A DNA stretch of 64,000 nucleotides from Ascidiella aspersa (lineage: Eukaryota), in the NCBI GenBank assembly GCA_963924565.1, contig OZ004610.1:28706001-28770000 (forward strand), read 5' to 3'. The notes beneath the pieces are model-generated. The model searched no databases. It was not told where the DNA came from and saw only the letters and a program-made list of their open reading frames with translations. Positions 52,301 to 64,000 of the stretch are shown here, in pieces. Position numbers and translations under genes: made by a program. Position 1 is the first letter of the stretch; every line of letters begins with the position of its first letter.

Positions 52301-55300
52301 ACGTAGAGCTGGGAGGAGTACATTTTAACAAATGTTTGTTTGTGCAAGACCACGCCTTTTTCTGCAATTTCGATGTATTAGCAGCTACAAGAAGTGGCCC
52401 TATATTTGCATTCCACGGAAAGAAAATAAACGTTTTAAAGAAATCGATTTTTATAGACCCCCAACAGCCATCTATTGGTTCAAATTTATATTGTTTAATA
52501 AAAAAAATTACCAGGTTATTTTAGTGTTGTACGTTCAGTACAAATAATTTATCAGTACAAATAATTTATCGCTCAGAATTTAAACCCACACCAGTTCTTC
52601 TAAGTAAGGGGTAGCGAAGCTAAACAGGAAAAAAAGAAGCATCGCCTAAGTCACTTATTATTTGTTGGACGAGAAAATCCAGTGCTGGCAATAAAGCTAT
52701 AAGCGAACGACGGTTGTTCACGGCTTGCACCTAACGCCATTGCAACGACTGCAAGACGAGAATTTCCGGTGGAATGCTTAAACCGACCACAAGAACACGC
52801 CACCGTCGCCGCAATGAATGGAAGGCCAGATGGTGGGCAATGGTTATAAATTGTCGCTTTTCGATCTGGGCACATATAGCGGGCGCTCTTATATCCTTAC
52901 ACACGCAACGTAATTACTCTTGTAACCCATTGAAAATAGAAAGACAGAAAGAGCTCTCCGTAAAAAGCTGAAACACAGGAAGTAAGGAATCTCGCGCAGA
53001 CAATAAAGTGTTAAAGAAAGATTCTTGTTTCCGTATCAGGTGATCTTAAGACTGTTTGTAAAAACAGATAAAACACAAAATCTTTTTTTTTTAATTTTAC
53101 AGAAATATAGATTTCGCCTATAGATCATCTGTCCATAAAAAGTAACGATTTTTGTAATGTATAGTCGCACACAGCTCTGAACCGAGCGCAGAACTTTTTT
53201 CTCGCCGGCCATTTCGAAAAATGCCAAGCCCGCGACGTCACAATGGCGAAGTGTTACGTAACAAGCGACCGTACTATACTATTTCGTAACCCACCCTGGT
53301 CGTGCCACGAAGTGCTGACGTTGGTAAGATCCGTCCAGTCGGCCGGCTTCGAAAAAATCGCTGGAATTAAAACAAAATTGACTCGTTTATTTTTAATCAG
53401 CACAAACAAAAAAGCCTTAAAAAATTCACAAAACATATTACCAAAAAAAAAACTTGAACTTGAAAGTAAACGCATTAGAGCTCTTAATCGTTTTGAATAA
53501 GTAGAATAACATTTAAGGTGTTTGTTTGCAACTAAAAAAATGCCCAACTAATTAAATTAATTGATACTCGCTCGATTTTTTACAGCAGCCCCAAAACATT
53601 GATTGTGTTAAAAAAAATCATATACAAATTTTTGATAATAGCGGTAAACCTAACACCACGTGAGAACTTTCAGAATGCTCCTGATTGTTTCTGGCTAACG
53701 CACTGATTTAGAACAGCCTGGGATTGTTCCCAGATTGTCGCTAAAGCAGCAGAAGCCGAAATTAGCCTGTTAGTCACTTCACAAACTAGCATCCGGTCCG
53801 CCAGCAGCCTGCCACTGTAATGCGCCGCGTATTAACGGCGCGGAGCAGTGAGCACATACATAGGACCAGACTGAGTTCGCACAGCCCACGCAAAACTCCC
53901 CCGCCGAAAGTTCTCGATCAACATGAGTTGAGCCAGTTTAAGTGGCCGTTTTTAGAAGTGGCCGGCTTTTGGCCAGTTTTGTGGCGATAATCGACCGATA
54001 TCGCTTTTTTGAAACGATACCCGATTTTCAACGGATTTGACAACCAATATCACACACGGATTTTTTTATATACCTGGAATATATAGTTAAAGTTTGAAAT
54101 ATTTAAAAAGAAAATCAAAATAACATTTTAGTCTATCTACCTGTATTTATTGAATTCTCATTTTGCATGACTTGGCGCAATTGATGCTAAACAACAAAAG
54201 TTTTCTTGCAAAAAAATGAAAGTTTGTTTAATTTTCATTAAAAAAATTTTTTTTGTAGTAAATATCGGCTGAAATATCGGCCAAAATTTACTGATACCGA
54301 TATATCGGTAGAAGCAAAATATCGGCTGATATTATCGGCAAACCGAGATATCGCAATCTCTAATCGTAGCTAGTAAAAGACATCTTAAAAAATGGGATAG
54401 CGGTTTAAATCGCTTCACAGCAGAAGGTACATGTACGGCAACGCGAAAAATGTTTTATTTTTTAATTTTTTTTTATTGACTTTACTTTTTTCAACACAGC
54501 TCAAGATTTCAGACAAAAATCTCGGCCTGATAAGTTCCTGTGCAAATTGTAACCCGCTAAAACTGTACAGACAAAATGGCGGCACTGGACGCTCGTTAAT
54601 CTGGGTGACCTGTGGGTTTACGTTTTTACACTAAAATGTTCTACAGTTTTACTTTACCATTATCGAAACCTCGGTAAATAATACTAAACTCGGTAAGTAA
54701 TAATGTTTTGTGAGTAAAAAATATTTCAAAAAATTTGAAGCGAGTGTGGGCAATAATTCCCTACTGGATCTGATAAATAACGTCGTATATAATTATATTA
54801 TACGCAAATAATTTAAGTTTAAAGCTAAATGCTGCGTAGTAAAATAGCGACGAAAAATTGTATTGATTTATTCAAATTTGCAAAAAATACTAAACCTTGG
54901 CATCAATTTCAATATAATTATATCGTAAAACTAATTTATAAACAGTAGGGTCACGACTCAACAAAGTCGGGTACGATACACCGACTTCTATGGTGACAGG
55001 CCAAAAATGTGTGACATATAAAAAATTTCACAATTTTTGGTAATAATTTTTGGGCAATTTATGCACTACAGCAGTGCTGGTCTCCAACCTTTTTATTACC
55101 CGATCCCAATTTAATTGAACTTAAATCAGCATATACATGCGACCCCAGTTTGTTTTTAGATCAGTAATACTTAAATTAAATATCACGATCGATTGATTTT
55201 AGGCCTAAATTATCGACAAGTCCAGACTCTGTTTTATTTGTTTTTATATTTTTATTACACTCACTGCGCTCGTTTAAACCACACGCGCAATAAAATCACT

Positions 55301-58300
55301 AAATCTGCAGGAATTGTTTAAGTATTTGCGACCCCATAAAAGGTTTAGGCGACCCCACATGGAGACGCGACTCATAGGTAGAATGCCACTGCACTACAAC
55401 ACACGTCACACAAATAAAAGGCAACAGCCGAACCGAAGAGGTATACGCCGTAGCATCCAAGTGCTTACCACTGTTGGGCGAAGAATTGATCCAAGATGAC
55501 GTTGACTTGGCTAGCGAGGTGAGCGGCGAATTGCCTTTGGCGGCTTCCCACATTCCTTCATAAGAAAAGGTGCAGATGAAGTTTAAGGAAACATTTTTAC
55601 TAACTAAAAGTAGGTTTAAGTAAATGGTAAGAGGGTAGTGGCTTCTTCTTCCCATTGGCCAAAAAGGAGGCCGGGAATGCCTGAAGCGTCAGTAATGGTT
55701 AAGGCCCAGTCCCCAGGACAACCATTCCCAAAGGGAGATGGTGCCGCCACTTGGAGGTAGGGCCCGAGTTAAGGTCAACATTTTCGCCTTTTAGGTTGTC
55801 GTGTAAGTAATAGGGTAATAATATAAGTGTCAGTAAGGTAATCATTTATTATTTTACTGCCTCAAAAAAAGCCGGTGTTAGCCAGAAAAAAAAAATTGGC
55901 TGATTGCCGTATTTGCCTTAGTCGAAAACTGAAAACGAGTGGCAGTGTTGACAAATTGTATTTCACTGTTGACGAGCTTTCGACCCAACAGAGTGAGATC
56001 CAACAGTGGCACTTGCTTTCAGTTCAATTAAATACACAATCTCTCTCGTGGTTCCGCGACTAACTCGCAACTTCGACGAAAGAAAAGGCAGGCGTAGATA
56101 ATAATTAGTATTATGTTTTTAAGGCATATGTGTTTAAGGTTTATAAAATAACAAGGCTCGGATTTGATTTAAACAGAAACTTTCAAACGAATGAAACCCG
56201 ATGCATTGACCACACTATTTTTTTCTAAGTCAAATTTTAACCAAGTCAAACTAAGTTACTAGAAATGTAAAATGTAGGTTTATGTATGATATCTGCAGCC
56301 GAAACCATCTGATTATATATATACTACTGGCATCAGGATAACGAAATGCATTTTTGGTAATATAAAGAAATAAAATATGTTGCTGCCATTTGGTGATAAT
56401 TTTAAAACACAGATATGGATTTACAATTGACCAACATTAAAAAAAATGTAACGGCTATATTTTAACAACAGTTTAAAAAACAATTAAAAAAATACTACAT
56501 CAAAAAGGCTTAAATTGTAAATTAACATGCTTTGTATTTGATACTGGGGCCAGTCACTTTGGAAGTCGCACGATAGCCAATGATAAAGGACAAAATATTA
56601 ATATCAATGTAAAGTAATAATATAAGGACAAATACAAAACGATAACTATTTAACCTTGCTATGATTTAAGTCATTGACTTGACTTGACTTAAGTGCACTC
56701 AAGTCACTGTTTTCGAAAGACTTGAGTCGTTTGACCAAAATGACTGGACTCGACTTAAGTCATTTTTTCAAATATCTAGGAATAAATTAGTTTTTTTCAT
56801 TAAAATTTACCTCAAGTTTTGCACATTAAACACTTTTATTGCTGCATGTTGCGCTGGAGTTATTTTTTTTAGTTAAATTGTTGCTTATAACGTTATAACA
56901 TACGAGATTACCAATTTTAATAGTTTACTTTTATGTCAATGAGACGACTTAAAATTAACTTGCTCCCATATCGACTTGACTGGGACTTGACTTGTTATTT
57001 TTGCAAAACGACTTGACTTGGACTTTAGTTGTTTTTCAAATGACTTGACCAGAACTTAAGTTATTTTTCAAAAGACTTGACTTGGACTTGAGTTATTTTT
57101 TCAAAAGACTTGACTTGGACTTAAGTTATTTATCAATTGAATTGACTGGGACTTAAGTCATTTCAAAATGATTTGTTTACAATACTGATTTTACCTGAGA
57201 TTGGCGTGGTCATGGGAGGTAACCAGTTCGTGGTGGGCTTCGATTGAGGCACAATGGCTTGGGTGAGGGGGGTTCGGGTGATTGTTTGCGGTGGGGTAGA
57301 GGTGGGGGTCGGATTTTGCTTGGGGCGACGCTCGTTCCATTCTTCACCCGCCGCCTTGGCAAAACGTGGGGCAACATCTGAGGAAATGGGAAAAAAATAT
57401 GACTTTAGGTCGGCCAGAATATACAGATTAGAAGAAAGATTTTTTTTTACTTTTAAGGTATTTTCAATTCGATAAAAAAATTTAATTAGCTTACTTGTAA
57501 TTTTAAATCCTAATAAGTTTATTCAAAAAGATATTTAAATTAAAAATAAATTATATTTTATTTACTAAAAAAATATATTTTATTTTTTACCAGTGCAATA
57601 ATTCACAGTACGCAAATATAATTTGCATGGGCTGGCTATATTAAAAATGTTTTTACTGCAGTAACAATAATAATACAAATGTATTATATACCTTTTCTTA
57701 CGTTTCGAAATCAAACAAACGCAATCTTGAATTTAACTTTGATTTTACGTCAATTTACTGCCTTGCTATAACAGAGCAAGAAAGCTAACAGGCTTTCGTC
57801 TATATAGTCTATATACAGTAGGCTGGGCAGGCATAAAACGACTGCGCCTGTTAGTTCCCTTTTGTAGGGTTATAATGGCAGGAAGGACATAATTTAACTT
57901 GCACAGTCATACGCCGAGCTTGGGCTGGCTACCCACGATCAGCGCTGTACCAAGCACGCAGCCATTCACATAGACGCGCTGTTAGATTTATGAAGAAAAC
58001 TGGCATTTCGCAGCACTGCTATGCGACTCTTTTCATTTCATTTCTTAGCAACTTTTTCATGTGCTTGGATTTGAAACAACTGATTACACATTTCGGCACC
58101 TACTTTTAAGTAAACCATAAAAATTAAAGCAGGTTTAAAATACAGACCCTTACGAGATATTATTTTTAAGCTAGCAATTAGCTTATATTGCTTAGATAAA
58201 CAACATGAACATGGAACGCGCAAATATATATGTTATAAACTTATAGTATAAATTTGATTGGATTAAAACAATTCTCTTCACCTAAATATGAATACATTTG

Positions 58301-61300
58301 CTAACATAGGGTTTTTTGTTGGTTCAACTCCCATAACATTTTTATTTTTACTGATAAATAGAGGAAAATGCAAATATTCCAAAGAATATCTTCATAGTGT
58401 GAATATAATATATCTATGAAGCAATTTAAAAAGTATGCAAAAAATGTTTATTTGTTGATTTATTCTATGTTGGTTGTAATCAACAACAAAAAAAGAGCAA
58501 TATCATCGTAAAAGCGTCTATTTTGATTGCGGGGGTTGGTTGCAGTTCCAGCAGGCTTGCAGCGAACAGTGTGTGTCAGCAGTCCCTTGCGCGAAAAGGA
58601 AACGAAAAACATGGCTAGAGAGGAAGCCGCCACTCAAACAATCCAAGTAAACGGGCGACAAACAAATATGAAATGCGGCGACACGAAATGCCATTTCGAC
58701 TGGCGAAGATATTATTGCCGACTGTTTAGTCTGAAAGCAAAAGTAGAAAAAGGCGGCCGTCAAGCTATGTGTTCTGTGTATGCCAGCCTTTCTTAACCTG
58801 AGGTAAATTTACCCCAGGAGGCAAATTTCCTCCGTTTTTTAGGGGGTAAATGAGCCATCATTCAAAATATCCACATCGCTTAACGGGCATCAGTTTCGTT
58901 CTGCATTTTCTACTGCTTTACCAGGGGTTCTTAAACTTTTTTCACCGCGGACCCCTAATTTTTTTTTTAACTTAGCGTGGACCGCGGTCGGCAAAAAAAT
59001 CCAAAATGACATCATAAACTGACGTCACAGTACAAATAGACCTTATAAATCTGCTAATTTTGGTCCAAAAATGTGAAAGTGAAATGGAGTCTAAATAGGA
59101 TTCAGTGCAAAACCGTTTTATTTTTAATCAAACGGTTTTCTTTAAAAAAAGATTACTCCTTAAATATACACTAATATTTTAAGTAGGCCTTCATGGACCC
59201 CCAAAAACTAGTTCGCGGACCCCCAAGGGGTCCATGGACCCCAGTTTAAGAACCCCTGTACCAGACATTCAACAACTCGTTGCCAAAAAGCAAGGGAAGC
59301 CGTCCCACTGAATTAACTGATGAAATCTGTTTTTTTTTATTTTTAAGCACCATTTTATATATTGGGGGCAAATCTGATATTCATTTTTGTTAAAAGGGTA
59401 AAACATACAAAAAAGGTTGAAGAACCCCTGGCGTATGCCAATCAGCACTCGCCTGGGCAAAATTAAAGTAGCCAAAAATGTTTTGGCGGCCGTCACATTT
59501 TGTCCTAAAACTCAATGCTTTTACTAATGATTTACCCTACCTTTCTATTTCTATGCTTTTAAGTAGTTTTAGATATTATTGACATCTATTTATTCTACAA
59601 GTAAAAGCACAAAAAGACGACAAGCTGAATTTTTGTGTATGCCCATCAGCACTTGCCTGGGCAAAATAACAGTCGCCAAAAATGTTTTGGCGGGCCGTCA
59701 AATTGATGTCCTACACCTCATTGCTTTCACCAAGGGAGTTTTTCGCCAACCTTTATATTTCTGTGATTTTAAATAGTTTTAGACATTATTGACATCTGCT
59801 TGGTGACAATCTCTTCGTGTATGCCAATCAGCACTAGTCCGGAAAAAATTACCATGGCCAAAAACTATCGCACGCCGTCAAATTGATGTCTGATATTTAG
59901 TTGCTTTCAACTAAGATTTAACCTTCCTTTCTATTTCTGTGATTTTAAATAATTCTAAATATTATTGACATCTGGTTATTCGGGAAGTAAAAGCACAAAA
60001 AGGTGTTAAGCTAGTGTTGTAGGTATACCAAACAGCTCTTGACTGAGAAAACTACCATCGCCAAAAAATGTCACACGCCGTCAAATTGGTGATATTTAGT
60101 TGCTTTTAACTAAGATTTAACCTATCTTTTTATTTGTGTGCTTTTAAATAGTGTTAGTGTTGCTGCCCCAGATGTTCACTGTTGGATGCGTAGAATGGTT
60201 TACCATGTGTCATCAGCTTGTTTAATTCGCATGTTGTATTTGTGCAAGCGCGACAAGCAATAATTGGCCTTCAGTCTCTGGCGTTTAATAATAAAATTTA
60301 TCCTAGACCTAGATCATCAAATTAAGTCAATTGGGTGCGATAACAACAAAAAAGGTGCCAATCAGCACTCGAACGGAGCAAATTTCACTTGCATTTGCGA
60401 GGGGGGGGGGGGGGGGGCGAATACAAAACCATTCCATGACCAAACATTTACTTTAATCAATCAAGATGATGTCGATCTACTAGACCTTTTCGGCTTTGCA
60501 ATTCATTATCAAGCTACATTACAGATCCGCGCACAGTGTACCCAAGTACATTTACTTTGTTTTGCAGCAAATAGTGACCATGGACCAAACACTTTTCAGC
60601 CAAACCATTTGGCTTCAATAACATTATACATTTCCTAATTCCTAAGCGAGACTTTTTAAAAAAGAATTAAGTTTGAAGCCAATAAGCTTATTGGTATTTC
60701 TAAAAGCACAAAAAGGCAACAAGCTGGTGTTTTGCTTGCAACTGATTGGACTCATAGCAGCATCGCACATGTGGGTATGCATAGTAGCTGTCCGTATTGT
60801 GTTTAAAAGAAAATATAAGTATACAGACACTCTGCATGGTGTGCATATAATTTACTTAGACTGATGAGAATGCAAATTAAAAACAAAATTCAAGTGCATC
60901 CGCACATTTGCAATAGCTTAAAGTGTATAATGTTCATAAATTTCAACAAAAAAATTGCAAAAGTTTGAGTTTGAACTATTTTTTTGTTCGTAAAAAAAAA
61001 AAATTGATAGCAGTAAACAAATGGAATGTTAAACATGTGTCATTTTTTACTTTGACCTGATGAACCGCGGTTGTGCGAAAGCTTGTCGAAAATTCAATAC
61101 AATTTGTCTTTATATAGTGCTACCTGATTCCTCTCATTAAACAAATACTTACTCTAAATTTTCTTTTGTTGGTGTACCTTTTATATCTTGGCAATATATA
61201 TATAACCAATTGCAGTATATAGGTTTAAAAACAATGGGCCACTTTTCAGTCAATATCAATGTGGCTGTGTGTGTATGCAAATGCGCACGCTTCAGCTTCA

Positions 61301-63332
61301 GTTTGCTCCGCTATTTGTCTTGCCAGCGCTGATAGAACGGCAAAGTAACAAGAAAGACTGAAAGCAGGCAGCAACAAGGCAAGTCTTCAGGCGCTCTAAA
61401 GTCTAAAGCATACGGGCTGGAGGAAGGAAAGGAGATAAAAAAGAATGAGAGAGGCGCGAAAACAAGCAGGAGAGCGTCGTGATTAACGCACCAAGGAAGG
61501 GCGGGCAATAGTAGGGGGGGAAGACTTGCGAGGCTTTTGGCAGATTGAATGGCTTAATAGATGGGGCGGCGGCGGGCAATGCAAGGAAGAAGCACAATTC
61601 ATGGAAACCAGGGAAAGTGACCGGCTTCCCCCAGTCGCTGTCATGAGCTCTTCAAACGCTATAGGGTTTTTATTAAGAGGAGCGACTCTTACCGCACTCA
61701 CTATTAACCGCCTTGGTTGAAGGTGGCAGAAGAGATGCGTGTCACAATTGTTTCGCAATGCCTGGCTGCTGCTGTGTGTTCGCCTTTTGAGAAGACGAAA
61801 CGAGCGTTTGCCCGCCAAATGCCAATAACAGGAAAGCGAAAGGTCGGGGCGCGGGGAAGATGAGATTAATGCACTCCTTATTATCTTTGTCAATGATAAA
61901 CGCATAAAAAGGGCATATATTGGCTTGTGAAATGGCAAAATGTTATGTTGCGAAACGCAAATGAAGTATTGTTGGCCAGAACCAACTCGGTTCTCTTTAT
62001 GTAACACATATCAGATTAATTCAATCCTTATTATCTTGTCAATGATACACTCATAACAATAGAGCTTGGGTGGCTTGTGGCACCTTTAAAAAAAAAATGG
62101 CACCTTTTTTACGTAACGAAACCCAAGTGGAGTAATGTTGGACATAATAAACTCGGATTTTTCTGTTACATTATCAGATTAATAATATCTTATCAATGAT
62201 AAACGCATAAAAAAATCTTAAATTGGCTTGCGAAATAACAACATTTTCATGTTACCAAAGGCAGATGAAGTATTTCTGGCTATTTACAACAAGGCTATTT
62301 TTATGTTAATTTTTTCGTTAACACTTTGTTATGTTAAAAATAAAACATAAAACTAACATTGTGGCCAAAAGTCAGCTAAACCTTCTCCTTGAACTTTATA
62401 AAACATCGGGCTCAATTTTAAAAAAGTTTTTTGGGAAGAATTTTTTTTTTGGTTAATTTTTGAAAAGTATCTAAAAATTAATTAAAAGCGATAAAATTAC
62501 AGGTCGAATGTAATTGATATAATGTTCGACGACATAAGTTTTTCCAACTAAGAGTGCCATATTCTTGCCGAAAGTTTGTTGGTAAAATAACGTGGCATGG
62601 GCTGAAATTTTGGATTACCCTTTTCTTGGCGCGATATTTGCCTCATTGATCATCGAATGTATAGTGACACAACGCCACCTTGTGTTGTAACTTACATGGT
62701 TTTTATGCCACTAAAAGCAGTATGGAGTAAAACTCAGATTGATATACACAATCACCATACTCATGAATGTTTTAAAATACCCATCTTTTAAATAATAATT
62801 TGAAAGCAGCAAAAATAGTTTTAAAGGGCAAAACAAAATCTTTAACAAAATGTATTCAACCACACTAAAGGACAACATGAAATTATTGTGCAAAATAGTG
62901 AAAACAAAGAATTCAAAAAAAAAATGTTTTCCTGCTATCAGTAAAACTGTTTCTTAGACTTTCTTCACTTAGTCAAAGTCAGTCATATAAAGTTGTAGTA
63001 ATTTATACAAATAAATTACGCCATAAATACGGCATCAGCAGTCTCTATTCATACAATTTGGAAGTCAGTGTGTCGTTATTTACGTGTTGGAGCGAGGAGA
63101 TATCTTCATACTTTACATTATTCAATTTGCTATCAGTAAAACTAATGAGAATCCTGTTTTACTTAATCTTATAAGATACCTTTGGCTGTACTTGGCATAG
63201 AGGTGACAGAGTACTGAGGAATATAAACGGGCTTGCTGGTTTCGCGGCTTGGCGGGGCCACATCGACTTCTTGCTTTTTCTTGTCTTTTTTCACACGCTG
63301 CTCTTTGCTGCCCACGGTGTGCCATTCGCCAT
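43389..63332 (-). CDS. MTDH: Metadherin/LYRIC (AEG-1)-like protein, 3' portion; 5' exons including the TM segment lie beyond the window
   Basis: Phase-consistent exons 63332-63180, 57377-57195, 55555-55469, 45825-45671, 45080-44904, 44545-44477, 44263-44218, 43441-43389. Disordered Lys/Pro/Ser-rich protein with LYRIC-like motifs DGEWHTVGSKEQRVKKDKKK, AGEEWNER, DDPWN...GDWEPPEASWSN, KKQRRRRRKK and C-terminal WSKAGKKKKVRARKDD*. Orthology is from recalled motifs, not from a search. Confidence 0.72.
48346..48600 (-). promoter_or_regulatory. Candidate internal promoter and first exon inside the MTDH intron
   Basis: CpG-rich island. Minus-strand CCAAT (48585-48581, 48537-48533), then TTATAAC (48527-48521), an Inr-like CCATTC about 30 nt downstream, and a strong donor AAG|GTAAAG at 48346/48345. 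Confidence 0.4.
51104..51390. repeat. Perfect inverted repeat (99-bp arms, 89-bp spacer)
   Basis: 51104-51202 is the exact reverse complement of 51292-51390 by eye; no TSD seen. Confidence 0.92.
56665..57187. mobile_element. GACTT/AAGTC-pentamer MITE copy with expanded internal tandem units
   Basis: gacttgacttggactt..agttatttt units repeated at 57000-57150; ends tgatttgtttacaatactg next to the MTDH exon donor. Confidence 0.75.
58784..59430. mobile_element. hAT MITE containing a nested second hAT MITE (58922-59258)
   Basis: Outer ends cagcctttcttaacc...ggttgaagaacccctg with TSD gtgtatgc/gcgtatgc; inner caggggttcttaaac...gtttaagaacccctg. The outer 5' end also occurs at 28857. Confidence 0.8.
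59431..60150 (+). repeat. Diverged tandem repeat, ~180-205-bp unit, about 4 copies
   Basis: gtatgcc.atcagcact....gg..aaaat....gccaaaaa...gccgtca recurs near 59433, 59637, 59819 and 60023. Confidence 0.8.
61051..61130 (+). mobile_element. Penelope-like pLTR remnant with a minimal type I hammerhead ribozyme motif
   Basis: TTTGAC-CTGATGA-ACCGCGGTTGTGC-GAAAGCTT-GTCGAA followed by aatttgtc..tagtgctacct. Homologous copies at 18461-18540 (+) and ~14575-14610 (-). Confidence 0.55.
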
Positions 63333-63429
63333 CTGAAAAAAAGATTTTCGAAAAAAAAAGAAATAAAAATTTTACCTTGGCTATACACTAACATACAAAA
63401 AAAAAAGTCTAAACCCTATAGTTTATTGT

Positions 63430-63822
63430 AAAAAAAACAGAAAAGCTCTTCACACAAGCAAAGTATTTGAGCTTTGATAAACCATTTAAAAAATCCTAAC
63501 TAATTCTAAACCTGTTTTACAAGAATTTGAAAAAATTGTAAAATTTTTTTTTGTAATACTTGTCGACCAAAGCATTATTGGGAGATTTATACCAATCAGC
63601 AATCGTCTGAATAAATTTACACCCTAAAAAAACAGAAAAGTTCTTCACACAAGCTAAGTATTTGAGCTTTGATAAACCATTTAAAAAATCCTAACTAATT
63701 CTAAACCTGTTTTACAAGAATTTGAAAAAATTGTAAAATTTTTTTTTGTAATACTTGTCGACCAAAGCATTATTGGGAGATTTATACCAATCAGCAATCG
63801 TCTGAATAAATTTACACCCTAA
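63430..63822 (+). repeat. Near-perfect direct tandem duplication (~196 bp x2) in an MTDH intron
   Basis: aaaaaaacagaaaag.tcttcacacaagc...gaataaatttacaccctaa occurs twice back to back with only a few differences. Confidence 0.9.
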
Positions 63823-64000
63823 TGTAATGACCAAGGACCACATATTCTCTAGCCAAACAATTTGGCTTAACATTATAATAACATTATACTTATGACTTTA
63901 AAAGGAGTAAGTTTACAGCCAATAAGCTGATCGTTAATTATTGGTATCAAATTTCATAAACTGTGGTATTAGGAGTTGCTGTACACAGAACAGGAAATCC

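Noticed and set aside
55645-55685. HDV-ribozyme-like TCCCGGCCTCC...GCCAATGGGA on the minus strand
   Set aside because: P1, P1.1 and P4 cannot be built; a simple hairpin explains it.
55940-55975. TGGCAGTGT miR-34-like 5' end
   Set aside because: The 3' part diverges and the hairpin is too short and weak for a pre-miRNA.
56990-57160. Regularly spaced repeats superficially like a CRISPR array
   Set aside because: Eukaryotic MITE subterminal GACTT arrays with no unique spacers and no cas genes.
61483-62007. 174-aa minus-strand ORF, and most other short ORFs in the supplied track
   Set aside because: No domain similarity or splice support; many are antisense shadows of real exons or MITE-derived.

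Overview
AT-rich, intron-containing animal genomic DNA. Gene style and the density of hAT-type MITEs suggest a marine invertebrate chordate, plausibly an ascidian; the taxon is inferred, not shown. Manual splicing gives five protein-coding genes: (1) a secreted, membrane-anchored ZP-domain protein with a furin site, acidic linker and juxtamembrane EGF (+, 2607-11685, 10 coding exons, ~455 aa); (2) an SLC22-family organic ion transporter (-, 13209-23912, 12 exons, ~539 aa, one intron needing a GC donor); (3) ENOSF1/rTS-beta, L-fuconate dehydratase-like (-, 31341-40821, 14 exons, ~449 aa); (4) PPCS with an uninterrupted CDS (+, 41304-42215), head-to-head with ENOSF1; (5) the 3' part of a metadherin/LYRIC (MTDH)-like gene (-, 43389 to beyond 63332). 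Introns carry many non-autonomous hAT elements (several with 8-bp TSDs), Penelope-like remnants with decayed minimal hammerhead ribozymes, and tandem repeats. The least explained region is the 9.6-kb MTDH intron (45826-55468). It holds a candidate internal CCAAT/TATA promoter with exons that could splice in frame onto the MTDH C-terminus, a perfect 99-bp-arm foldback and several GC/CpG-rich islands. No clearly novel multi-gene system is evident; the findings are hypotheses.
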